53,269 bases of DNA, taken from the NCBI GenBank assembly GCA_041739935.1, contig JBGSMX010000007.1, forward strand, positions 1 to 53,269. Direction: 5' to 3'. The notes beneath the pieces were generated by a model, which searched no databases, had not been told where the DNA came from, and saw only the letters and a program-made list of their open reading frames with translations. The position numbers and the translations under genes were made by a program. Below, one piece after another: positions 35,371 through 43,666 of the stretch. This DNA comes from Coriobacteriia bacterium (GTDB lineage: Bacteria > Actinomycetota > Coriobacteriia > Anaerosomatales > JAGXFU01). Position 1 is the stretch's first letter, and every line of letters starts with the position of its first letter.

Positions 35371-35400
35371 AAAGGGCCGCCCCGATCAGGGCGGCCCTTT
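35371..35400. terminator. Bidirectional intrinsic terminator
   Basis: AAAGGGCCGCC-N8-GGCGGCCCTTT: an 11-bp stem flanked by an A-tract and a T-tract. It lies between the small ORF (+) and tRNA-Cys (-). Confidence 0.7.
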
Positions 35401-35411
35401 CCTATGAGCGA

Positions 35412-35485
35412 TGGAGGCGACGCCCGGATTCGAACCGGGGATGAGGGCTTTGCAGGCCCCTGCCTTGCCACTTGGCCACGTCGCC
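35412..35485 (-). tRNA. tRNA-Cys (anticodon GCA), CCA encoded
   Basis: The minus strand reads GGCGACGTGGCCAAGTGGCAAGGCAGGGGCCTGCAAAGCCCTCATCCCCGGTTCGAATCCGGGCGTCGCCTCCA. It has a 7-bp acceptor, 3-bp D stem, anticodon loop CUGCAAA, a GGTTCGAATCC T-arm and discriminator U. Confidence 0.95.
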
Positions 35486-35569
35486 GTTTGGGCGCGGGTT
35501 TCGCGCTTATCAAGAAGGCCGGCCTCGTTGGGCCATTTCGGTCCCTCGGGCCGACCTTCGTGGTGTCGT

Positions 35570-35644
35570 TGGAGCGGACGAAGGGATTCGAACCCTCGAC
35601 CCCCACCTTGGCAAGGTGATGTTCTACCACTGAACTACGTCCGC
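35570..35644 (-). tRNA. tRNA-Gly (anticodon GCC), CCA encoded
   Basis: The minus strand reads GCGGACGTAGTTCAGTGGTAGAACATCACCTTGCCAAGGTGGGGGTCGAGGGTTCGAATCCCTTCGTCCGCTCCA, which folds as a canonical cloverleaf. Confidence 0.95.
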
Positions 35645-35813
35645 GCGCGAGGGGTAGTCTACCGTGTAGTACACCGGGATGCAAGGAACTGTTCACAGGC
35701 ACATCTCACGTAGCTGCAGGTAGTGAGTCCGCCGGAGCGCTCGCGGGGAGGGGGTGGCGCAATCGCGCGAGACTGGTACAATACCCCTCGCTGCTGGTTG
35801 AAGCGGCACATAT

Positions 35814-35888
35814 GGGCGCTTAGCTCAGGGGGAGAGCACTTCCTTGACACGGAAGGGGTCGTTGGTTCAAATCCAACAGTGCCCACCA
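35814..35888 (+). tRNA. tRNA-Val (anticodon GAC), CCA encoded
   Basis: GGGCGCTTAGCTCAGGGGGAGAGCACTTCCTTGACACGGAAGGGGTCGTTGGTTCAAATCCAACAGTGCCCACCA. It is preceded by an extended -10 (TGGTACAAT, ~35773..35781). Confidence 0.95.
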
Positions 35889-36033
35889 TGAATTGAGAAA
35901 GGCCCCGGAGGAGTCTGTTTTCGAGGACTCTGACGGGGTCTTTGTATTTGGGGGCGCTGAGGGGGGGGTATACTGACGCTCGTACTCAGGGTCTCTCCAC
36001 TGCGGCAGTTCGACTGCTTGGGAGGTAGCCGAC

Positions 36034-36675
36034 GTGCGCGGAAGAGCAATCGCGAGCGCATGCTTAGCAGTGGCTTTGGTGACAGGCCTGATAGGTTGCG
36101 GTGCTCGTGGGGCCTCGCGCCCTTCAGACGGCCAGTCCGTCGCTGCTTCCTCGGCGCCTGGGCGGTACCCAAGCGCGAACAGTGGGCCCGAGAGCGACTA
36201 TGAGCAGGCGGGCTTCACCGCGGCAACGCAAGAGCAGGCTGAAGCGATTGTGAACGGCCTTCTGCCTCTCCCGGAGCAGGCCATGGGCCGCTCGCGCAGT
36301 TCATTACTGGTTGCTCCACCCGAATGGGGACAGCAAGGCATCGTGGTGGAGTACGGAGATACCCTGAAGATCACGGTTGCAGACTACGGCAGCGCAGAAG
36401 CCGCAAACGAAGCAGTCAAGATCGATGGACAGCCGCCCCTCAGCGACTTCGTACGGATCGTCAAGGTGGGTAGTCTGGAGACACTCGTCAACGATGTGGT
36501 TGATGTGCCGGCTGTGGACGACGCTCAAGGGGTCTCGCTCCCCGGCACTGGAGTCAGGGTCGATTACGCTCGTGTTGTCTTCGCTCGAGACGCTTTGGTG
36601 TACCGGCTGTACAGCGAGACGATGAGTGCACAGGACATGCTGTCTGTTGTTCGTGAGATGGCAGATGACCAGTGA
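36034..36675 (+). CDS. Hypothetical lipoprotein
   Basis: 213 aa. The signal peptide carries the lipobox LVTGLIGC. No recognisable catalytic motifs are present. Confidence 0.6.
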   Translation: MRGRAIASACLAVALVTGLIGCGARGASRPSDGQSVAASSAPGRYPSANSGPESDYEQAGFTAATQEQAEAIVNGLLPLPEQAMGRSRSSLLVAPPEWGQQGIVVEYGDTLKITVADYGSAEAANEAVKIDGQPPLSDFVRIVKVGSLETLVNDVVDVPAVDDAQGVSLPGTGVRVDYARVVFARDALVYRLYSETMSAQDMLSVVREMADDQ

Positions 36676-36763
36676 CTACGCCGGAGGCCTTCGTCGTGCC
36701 TCTATGAACGCCGGCGCGGCGGGCGCGAGGTAGCGTGCTTGCGTAGCGGACGAGGAATTGTGA

Positions 36764-36791
36764 GGGCCCCGACTTTCGCCGGGGCCCCTTT
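36764..36791. terminator. Shared hairpin terminator between convergent genes
   Basis: GGGCCCCG-N8-CGGGGCCC followed by CTTTG. It lies between the stops at 36675 (+) and 36827 (-). Confidence 0.55.
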
Positions 36792-36826
36792 GCGGGTGAA
36801 TGGGATCGAGTGCGGCGAGTATCGCC

Positions 36827-37219
36827 TTAGCAGTCCGCGACCACGAGATTCGCTGCACCGAGCGGAGAGGGCCCCTGGGAGTCGGCGGCGAGGCTCAGCA
36901 TCAGGCGGGCACTCGCATCGTGGATCACAGTCGGGTTCCCACCGGCGGCTCCGGGGTAGGCCGAGCGAAGCTGATTCTCGACGCCGGGCCATTCGGCCAT
37001 GTCGATGACCAGGTCGGCGTCGGGTGCGAGTGCGGTGAGTTCCGCTACGTTGTTCGTGAAAGTGATGCCGAGCTGCTGTGCGGCGAACGCACCCGGGCTA
37101 TCGTCGAACATATCTGCAACCGCAACGACCTCAACGAAGGTGCGGGAAACGAAATCGGCGATAAGCTGGGCCGCAACCCGATTTCCCCCGACGATGACGA
37201 TTTTCAGCCGTTCGTGCAT
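36827..37219 (-). CDS. Hypothetical small Rossmann-like protein
   Basis: 130 aa from the internal ATG (MHERLKIVIVGGNRVAAQLI...). It has a beta-alpha-beta Gly-rich N-terminus. No family could be assigned by eye. Confidence 0.45.
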   Translation of the reverse strand: MHERLKIVIVGGNRVAAQLIADFVSRTFVEVVAVADMFDDSPGAFAAQQLGITFTNNVAELTALAPDADLVIDMAEWPGVENQLRSAYPGAAGGNPTVIHDASARLMLSLAADSQGPSPLGAANLVVADC

Positions 37220-37384
37220 CGCTGCCCTCACTTCGTCCTGAGAACCCTTCAGAAAGCATAATACTACGCTCGTGAATCTTTGCACAAGAGGGAGAAGGAT
37301 AGTCTGCGGTCACGGGGAGTGGCTGACCCCGGGACGGGGTACATTACTCGGCAAGAAGATGAGAGAGTGCGAACGGAGGTGCGT

Positions 37385-37726
37385 ATGGATCGAAGTGTGA
37401 CTGTGCTGCGTTTCGTTCTGATCGCTGCAGTTATCGTTGCAGTCGTAGTCGGAATCGCGGGGTGCGCGTCGGGAGATGCGGGAACCACGGAGCCTTCTGG
37501 CGGTACCGGTACTGAGACGCCTGCAACCGACACGCCCGCAGAAGAGGATCCTGCGGTGACGCTGGTTGAGACCAAATGCTCGATGTGTCACTCGACTGAC
37601 CGCGTATGGTCGGCGACCCAGACCCGCGAGGAGTGGGTCACTACAATCGATCGCATGAGGGCCAACGGGGCCGTGCTCACAGACGACGAGTACGACCAGA
37701 TTGTCGAGTACCTGGCGAACCAGTAG
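37385..37726 (+). CDS. Lipoprotein mono-haem c-type cytochrome-like protein
   Basis: ATG 37385 follows GGAGGTG. The signal peptide has the lipobox GIAGC. A single CSMCH (CxxCH) motif is followed by TREEWVTTIDRMRANGAVLTDDEYDQIVEYL. That resembles the haem-binding domain of quinohaemoprotein amine dehydrogenase-type cytochromes. Confidence 0.6.
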   Translation: MDRSVTVLRFVLIAAVIVAVVVGIAGCASGDAGTTEPSGGTGTETPATDTPAEEDPAVTLVETKCSMCHSTDRVWSATQTREEWVTTIDRMRANGAVLTDDEYDQIVEYLANQ

Positions 37727-37867
37727 TCGGACGTGGCTCGATAGTACGTGGCGCCTCGGATGCGTGATCTGATCCGGGGCGTCATTGCGCTATGACTTTG
37801 CTGATGGAATCGGCGAGAAGGGGCGAGCGCGGGCCCACGGGAGCGACCGCGGGGTGGGCGCAGCGGG

Positions 37868-38797
37868 TTAGTGCTCGGCGCGTCGCAGGTAGGCTTCCGG
37901 AACGACGAGCTTCGCAGCGCCCGGCAAGACACGTGCCCTGAACGGCGTGTTTGCCTGCAGAACCTCGCCATCGGATTGCATGGACAGCGGCGGATCTGCC
38001 ACTACACTGATGTCGCGTCCCGAGTGAATCTCCAGACTCGCAGAGCGATCCAGGCGCGAGCCCGTCGTGCGGTCGATGATCGCGGCCCATACGGCCGGAA
38101 TGAGCTCCGCCACGTTCTTCGAGCGCACGATGACCACCTCGAAAACGCCGTCGCTCGGGTCGCTCGTGTGGGTGATTGCCAGGTCGAACTGTAGTCGAGC
38201 GAAGTTGACGAGCAGAACTGCCATACCCTCGGTCTCGACGGTCTCGCCGTCGATAACGAGGGTGAATCGGGATACGGTCGGTGCGAGGTTCTGCATGACA
38301 CCCACAAGGTAGGCCGCAACACCGATGGTTGGCTTGAGCTCCTGCGCGCCCTCCATGATCTTGGCGTCGAAGCCCGCGCCCGCGGCGATGACGAATCCCG
38401 ACATCGACCACTGGGGTTCGCCCGGATCACCGATCTCGATCTCACCCAGGTCTGCTTCGATGACCGGGCCTACCTGGGTCAGCCGGGCGAGTTCGGCAGG
38501 ATCGATCGGCATCCCGAGATTGAGTGCGAGCAGATTGGCCGTACCAGCGGGATAGACCACGATGGGCACGTCCACGTTGCGCAACTCGTAGCAGACCCCC
38601 GAGACCGTACCATCGCCACCGACTGCGACTACGCGATCGTATTCGCCGGCATCGCGGACCAGATCGCGCAGAGTGGTGCCCCCGGAGATGAAGCGCAACG
38701 TGACTTCCGTCCCGGTACGGCCCACGGCCCTCAGGAACTGGTAGAGGCCTGAGTCCGCCTGGCCGGCAGCAAGATTCACGATGGCAAGGACGCGCAC
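37868..38797 (-). CDS. Diacylglycerol-kinase-family lipid kinase (YegS/DagK-like)
   Basis: The C-terminal 309 codons of the 661-aa track ORF. GTG 38797 follows GAGGAG (VRVLAIVNLAAGQ...). The GGDGT motif (VAVGGDGTVSGV) is present. The remaining 5' part of the track ORF is antisense to rnd. Confidence 0.85.
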   Translation of the reverse strand: MRVLAIVNLAAGQADSGLYQFLRAVGRTGTEVTLRFISGGTTLRDLVRDAGEYDRVVAVGGDGTVSGVCYELRNVDVPIVVYPAGTANLLALNLGMPIDPAELARLTQVGPVIEADLGEIEIGDPGEPQWSMSGFVIAAGAGFDAKIMEGAQELKPTIGVAAYLVGVMQNLAPTVSRFTLVIDGETVETEGMAVLLVNFARLQFDLAITHTSDPSDGVFEVVIVRSKNVAELIPAVWAAIIDRTTGSRLDRSASLEIHSGRDISVVADPPLSMQSDGEVLQANTPFRARVLPGAAKLVVPEAYLRRAEH

Positions 38798-38854
38798 GTG
38801 TAGTCTCCTCGCATACAGACTCGTGGTTCTTCGGCGATTAGCATACGCTATGCG

Positions 38855-40051
38855 GTGACGTACCGGGACGGTACGATGGTCCCGGAGGGAGCCGATGTGT
38901 ACGTAGATGATCAGGCGGGGCTGCTCGAGCTGGTCGACAAGCTGCGCGCAGCCGAGTTTGTAGCATTCGATACTGAATTCATGCGTGAGCGAACGTACTT
39001 CGCGCGGTTGTGCCTCCTCCAGCTTGCGACCGATGATGTCGAGGCCATCGTCGACCCGCTCGCAATCGACGATCTGACACCTCTGGCCGAGGTTCTGTTC
39101 GACGAGACGATCGTCAAACTGGTACACGCCGGCCAGCAGGACATGGAGATCTTCTACTTCATGTTCGATCGCGTGCCCAGGCCCGTCTTCGACACGCAAC
39201 TCGCGGCTACGCTCGCCGGGTTCCCCCAGCAGGTGGGGTACGGAGCGCTCGTGCACGACCTGTTGGGCGTAACACTCGACAAGTCCGATACCTACACGGA
39301 CTGGGGCAAGCGGCCATTGTCCGCCAACCAGGTCGAGTACGCCCTCAACGACGTACGCTATCTGCCCGAGGTCTACCGCAGGCTTCAGTCGGATCTCGAA
39401 CGCGCCGGCAGACTTGAGTGGCTCGCTCCCGATTTCGAGCATCTCGAAGACCCGCGGACCTACCGGGTCGAGCCGCTTCAGTTCTGGCGGCGTCTCAAAC
39501 GCCTCAAGTCGCTCAACCGACGGCAGCTCGGCGTGCTTCAGCAGGTCGCTGCGTGGCGGGAACTCGAGGCTCAGCGTCGCGACATCCCCCGCAAGTGGGT
39601 GCTGGGCGACGAGTCGCTGGTGGAAATAGCCCGTCGGATGCCCGAATCGCGCGAGCAGCTCAGCGCCGTCAGGGGCGTACAGGACAAGCTCTCGAAGGGC
39701 GCCCACAACCACGTCATCGAGGCGGTGCGCGTTGGTCTCGCGCTTGCCGAGGAGGAGCTCCCACTGATAGAGCGTCAGCCCCGGCTGCACAACGATACCG
39801 AGGGTGCCGCGGACCTGATGGCTGCTCTGGTGCGTATTCGCGCAAAGGAGCACGGCGTCGCAGTGCCATTGCTGGCCGCCCGCAAGGATCTGGATCGGCT
39901 GGCTGCCGGGGAGCGTGAGGGCAATGCGCTTCTCGAGGGATGGCGGCGGGAGATGATCGGCAAGGAACTCACAGATCTGCTCGATGGCAGGATCGCCCTG
40001 TCGATCGAGAACGGTACGCTCACCGTACGAAAACTCGATGGAGAATCCTGA
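38855..40051 (+). CDS. rnd: Ribonuclease D (DEDDy 3'-5' exonuclease + HRDC)
   Basis: 398 aa with FDTEF, HAGQQDMEIF and YALNDVRYL exonuclease motifs plus an HRDC-like region (LQQVAAWRELEAQRRDIPRKWV). Confidence 0.88.
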   Translation: MTYRDGTMVPEGADVYVDDQAGLLELVDKLRAAEFVAFDTEFMRERTYFARLCLLQLATDDVEAIVDPLAIDDLTPLAEVLFDETIVKLVHAGQQDMEIFYFMFDRVPRPVFDTQLAATLAGFPQQVGYGALVHDLLGVTLDKSDTYTDWGKRPLSANQVEYALNDVRYLPEVYRRLQSDLERAGRLEWLAPDFEHLEDPRTYRVEPLQFWRRLKRLKSLNRRQLGVLQQVAAWRELEAQRRDIPRKWVLGDESLVEIARRMPESREQLSAVRGVQDKLSKGAHNHVIEAVRVGLALAEEELPLIERQPRLHNDTEGAADLMAALVRIRAKEHGVAVPLLAARKDLDRLAAGEREGNALLEGWRREMIGKELTDLLDGRIALSIENGTLTVRKLDGES

Positions 40052-40145
40052 TTCGGCACGGGTTTCGCGTACCTGCGGGTAGATCTCAGGTTAGCCACAA
40101 TCACGCATCGCGCCCGGGCGGCGCACGCAACAGGAGGAACAACAG

Positions 40146-40817
40146 ATGCTGTTCGGATCGTATCTGCCCATAATGCTCATCGCGATCGTGCTGGGTCTTG
40201 CGACCCAGGGTTGGGTGAATTCCGCATTCAAGCGCTACAGCGCGGTTCCACTGGCGACAGGAATGACGGGCGCTCAAGTCGCACGGGCGATGCTCGATGC
40301 CAACGGGCTCCAGGACGTCCGCATCGAGCAGGTGCAGGGGCGGCTCACAGATCACTACGACCCCCGGGATAACGTGCTGCGACTCTCGCCGGCCGTCTTC
40401 GCAGGGCAGTCGGTTGCCGCGGCCGGAGTTGCGTCTCACGAGGCGGGGCACGCAGTGCAGCATGCGCGAGGCTTCGTATTCGCTCGAATCCGCATGGCGC
40501 TTGTTCCTGCTGCACAACTTGGCTCGAACGCGGCATTCCCGCTGATCTTCCTCGGCATGTTCACGGCGTTCAGTGGACTGATCACGCTGGGTATCGTTCT
40601 GTTCGCCGGTGCCGTGCTCTTCCAGTTGGTGACCCTACCGGTGGAGTTCGACGCCTCCCGGCGCGCTTTGGAGAGCCTGTCAACCGGTGCGTTGATTCCT
40701 GCCGAGCAGGTCGATGGCGCGCGCGCTGTACTCACCGCTGCGGCGATGACGTACCTTGCCGCGGCGCTTATTGCGGTCATGCAGCTGCTCTATTTCGTGG
40801 GGCTGTCGCGTCGCTAG
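40146..40817 (+). CDS. Putative neutral zinc metallopeptidase (Zn_peptidase_2 family), membrane protein
   Basis: 223 aa with GMTGAQVARAMLDANGL, LTDHYDPR and HEAGHAVQH motifs plus C-terminal TM helices. Confidence 0.85.
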   Translation: MLFGSYLPIMLIAIVLGLATQGWVNSAFKRYSAVPLATGMTGAQVARAMLDANGLQDVRIEQVQGRLTDHYDPRDNVLRLSPAVFAGQSVAAAGVASHEAGHAVQHARGFVFARIRMALVPAAQLGSNAAFPLIFLGMFTAFSGLITLGIVLFAGAVLFQLVTLPVEFDASRRALESLSTGALIPAEQVDGARAVLTAAAMTYLAAALIAVMQLLYFVGLSRR

Positions 40818-40923
40818 CAGCTGTTCGAAGCATCGGGGGGCGTTTCGAAATGAACGCGGGTGTCAGAGCCTCCTGGTACTATCGAATCGCACGATAAGCA
40901 CGGGGAAGAGGGGATCGGTTCGC

Positions 40924-42192
40924 GTGGTCGAGGAGCGTGCGCTTACCGTTGTTGAGGCGATGACGCTGGCGCGTCGTGCGCTGGAATCGGTGACCGTGCG
41001 CGTCGTTGGCGAGGTCTCCGAGTTCAATGACAAGCCAGGGTACAAGGCCGCCTACTTCACCGTGTGCGATGAGAACGCCTCCATGCCGTGCATGATGTGG
41101 AGGGACGCGTACCTGGCTTCCGGGGTGGACCTGAGGTGCGGCGTGCTCGTCGAGCTGAGCGGGAGCTTCTCGGCATACGTCCCCAAGGGGCGCATGCAGT
41201 TCATGGTGAAGCGGCTCGCCCTGGCCGGCGAGGGGATGCTTCGCATGCAAGTCGCCGACCTGGCGCGCAAGCTGGAATCCGAGGGGCTCATGCGGGCCGA
41301 GCGCAAGCGGGCTCTGCCCGCATATCCTGCGAGGATCGCGGTCGTGACCTCACCTCGCGGTAAGGCTGTGCATGACGTCATTCGCACACTGAGGCGTCGG
41401 TATCCGCTCGCGGAACTGCTGGTTGCCGGTGTAGCGGTTGAGGGAACGGACGCGCCCAGAGCGATCGTTGAGGGGCTTGAGGCTGCTGCGGGCGCATCTC
41501 CTGACGTGATCTTGCTTGTTCGCGGCGGGGGCAGCTACGAGGATCTGATGCCCTTCAACCACGAGCTGGTTGCCCGCGCGGTGGCCTCGTCTCCGGTACC
41601 GGTCGTAACAGGAATCGGACACGAGCCTGACACCTCGATCGCGGACATGGTCGCCGATCTTCGCGCATCCACGCCCACGGCCGCGGCCGAAGCTGTCGCG
41701 CCATCGATCGAGGAGCTGCGCCAGAGGCTCGTGAGCATCACTCGGCTGCTGGGCAGGGCGCTGTCGCATACGGTGCAGTCCTACGAGCATCGGCTTCGTC
41801 TTGTGGCCCGCCGACCGGTGCTCTGCGACCCGGCGGTGCTCACCGGTCCGGCGTGGCAGCGTATCGATATGGTCGCGCTGGACCTCGCGCGGGCGATTCC
41901 GCTGAGGCTTTCGCGAGATGCCCAGCGGTTGGCGTATCTCCGGGAGCGTTTGGTGCGGGTCGGTCCGCGTGTGCACGAGCGCGCGGCCGAGCGTGTAGCG
42001 CGAGAGGGAGGGCGCCTGATGGATCTGTCGCCCAACGCGATCCTCGGCAGGGGATATGCACTGTGCCTGGCCGAGGACGGGCGTGTCGTGGTGAGATCAC
42101 CTGACCAGGTTCGGACCGGCGAGCCGGTTCAGGTACGTGTTGCCGGCGGTAGAATCGGCTGCATCGTGGAAACAACCGATACGGAGGCATGA
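40924..42192 (+). CDS. xseA: Exodeoxyribonuclease VII large subunit
   Basis: OB-fold N-terminus (VRVVGEVSEFNDKPGYKAAYFTVCDE), RIAVVTSPRGKAVHDV and VTGIGHEPDTSIAD are present. The start is uncertain (GTG 40924 chosen; the track ORF begins at 40756 inside the previous gene). Confidence 0.85.
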   Translation: MVEERALTVVEAMTLARRALESVTVRVVGEVSEFNDKPGYKAAYFTVCDENASMPCMMWRDAYLASGVDLRCGVLVELSGSFSAYVPKGRMQFMVKRLALAGEGMLRMQVADLARKLESEGLMRAERKRALPAYPARIAVVTSPRGKAVHDVIRTLRRRYPLAELLVAGVAVEGTDAPRAIVEGLEAAAGASPDVILLVRGGGSYEDLMPFNHELVARAVASSPVPVVTGIGHEPDTSIADMVADLRASTPTAAAEAVAPSIEELRQRLVSITRLLGRALSHTVQSYEHRLRLVARRPVLCDPAVLTGPAWQRIDMVALDLARAIPLRLSRDAQRLAYLRERLVRVGPRVHERAAERVAREGGRLMDLSPNAILGRGYALCLAEDGRVVVRSPDQVRTGEPVQVRVAGGRIGCIVETTDTEA

Positions 42193-42428
42193 GAATGGTC
42201 GAGGACACGATGGCTCTGCCCGACGACCTCGCGTTTGGCGAGGCTCTGGCCGAGCTTGAGGCGATCGTGGCCGCTCTCGAGGGTGGTCAGCTCGAACTCG
42301 AGGAGAGCCTGACCCGCTACGAGCGGGGTGTTGCGCTGTTGCAGTCGCTGCAGTCCAAGCTCACGGATGCGCAGCAAAGGGTCACGATGCTCATAGGAGA
42401 ACTGGGTGAAGACGAGGCTGCCGAGTAG
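42189..42428 (+). CDS. xseB: Exodeoxyribonuclease VII small subunit
   Basis: 79 aa. FGEALAELEAIVAALEGGQLELEESLTRYERGVAL is the family signature. A 4-nt overlap links it to xseA. Confidence 0.9.
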   Translation: MRMVEDTMALPDDLAFGEALAELEAIVAALEGGQLELEESLTRYERGVALLQSLQSKLTDAQQRVTMLIGELGEDEAAE

Positions 42429-42458
42429 GCGTCCTACGAGGAGAGAGGGAACCTTGCC

Positions 42459-42812
42459 GTGGAGAATTGCATATTCTGCATGATCGGGAGCGGGGACATG
42501 GATGCGAAGAAGGTCTACGAGGATGAGTTCGTGGTCGCCTTCGACGACATCGCCCCTCAGGCGCCGGTGCACACGCTCATAATCCCGAGGACTCACTTCA
42601 ACGACCTGGGCGATGACATTCCGGAAGAGACTCTACGGGCCATCTTCTCGGCGATTCCCAAAGTCGCTGCTCTCAAGGCCGTGGACCGCTCGGGGTATCG
42701 GGTGATCGTCAACAATGGCAAGGACGCCAACCAGACCGTCGGGCACCTGCACATCCACGTCATGGGTGGACGTTCCATGTCTCATGGCATGGTCAACTTC
42801 GCTAGCGAGTAG
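42459..42812 (+). CDS. HIT-family (histidine triad) nucleotide hydrolase
   Basis: 117 aa with CIFC near the N-terminus and the HLHIHVMGG triad. Confidence 0.9.
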   Translation: MENCIFCMIGSGDMDAKKVYEDEFVVAFDDIAPQAPVHTLIIPRTHFNDLGDDIPEETLRAIFSAIPKVAALKAVDRSGYRVIVNNGKDANQTVGHLHIHVMGGRSMSHGMVNFASE

Positions 42813-42820
42813 GAGGCGGC

Positions 42821-43660
42821 ATGCGAAACGTCGCGGTAATCACGGACAGCACCGCCGATCTTTCACCGGACTTGTGCGCGAAGCATGACATCACGGTGGT
42901 GCCGCTGAGCATCGTCTTCGGGCAGGAGACGATCGTCGATGGCACCATCTCGCAGGCCGAATTCTTCCGGCGGATGAATGCCGCGCCTGAGCTGCCGACC
43001 ACGTCTCAGCCTGCGGTGGGCACGTTCGTCGAGGCGTACAGGCGCGCGCTAGAGACCGCTTCCGAAGTGGTCTCGGTCCACATATCGTCCAAACTCTCGG
43101 GCACCATCGAGTCTGCAACTCGTGCCGCAGAGGAGTTCGCAGGAAGGGTTCACGTTGTCGATTCCAAGAACCTTTCGTGGGCCCTCGGCTTCCAGGCTCT
43201 CGAAGCAGGGCGGGCTGCTGCCGAGGGCCTCGATCGTGCGTCGGTCATCGAGCGGGTCGAATCCGTCCGAGACCGGGTCCAGATGATCGTGCACTTCGAT
43301 GGGCTGGACAATCTCGTGAAGGGTGGCCGCATTTCGGGACTCGCGGGTGTAATCGGTGGCGCCCTCAACATCAGGCTCAGTATCACGGTCAAAGACGGCG
43401 CATTCGTGCCGGTCAGGCCGTATCGGAGCGCCAAAGCCGCGCTCAAGCACGGACTCGATTGGGTTGAAGGCCGGATGGGCAATGCCAGCCGGGGCGCCTT
43501 CTGCGTGATTCATGCGCTTTCCGAGGATCGAGCACTCTGGATCAAGGACCAACTCGTAGAGCGATTCGATGTGACCGAGATGTTCGTGATGGAGACGGGC
43601 GCGGTCATTGGCACACACACCGGCACGGGCTGGGGCATCGCATTCGTGCCGGAGGCCTAG
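42821..43660 (+). CDS. DegV-family fatty-acid-binding protein
   Basis: 279 aa. The VAVITDSTADL N-terminus, TSQP motif and SGTIESA are typical of DegV. Confidence 0.88.
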   Translation: MRNVAVITDSTADLSPDLCAKHDITVVPLSIVFGQETIVDGTISQAEFFRRMNAAPELPTTSQPAVGTFVEAYRRALETASEVVSVHISSKLSGTIESATRAAEEFAGRVHVVDSKNLSWALGFQALEAGRAAAEGLDRASVIERVESVRDRVQMIVHFDGLDNLVKGGRISGLAGVIGGALNIRLSITVKDGAFVPVRPYRSAKAALKHGLDWVEGRMGNASRGAFCVIHALSEDRALWIKDQLVERFDVTEMFVMETGAVIGTHTGTGWGIAFVPEA

Positions 43661-43666
43661 CCGATC

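Noticed and set aside
35136-35702. 188-aa minus-strand ORF and 114/100-aa plus-strand ORFs in the same region
   Set aside because: They run straight through the tRNA-Cys and tRNA-Gly genes and a terminator hairpin, so they are not coding.
35778-35974. Isolated ATACCCC (35781) and GGGGTAT (35963..35969) half-sites
   Set aside because: Each lacks the partner half-site at the 2-3 nt spacing seen in the three full operators. One is simply part of the tRNA-Val extended -10 region.
38798-39853. 5' two-thirds of the 661-aa minus-strand ORF 37868..39853
   Set aside because: It is antisense to the well-supported RNase D gene (38855..40051). The lipid-kinase homology starts only at GTG 38797, which has its own GAGGAG RBS.
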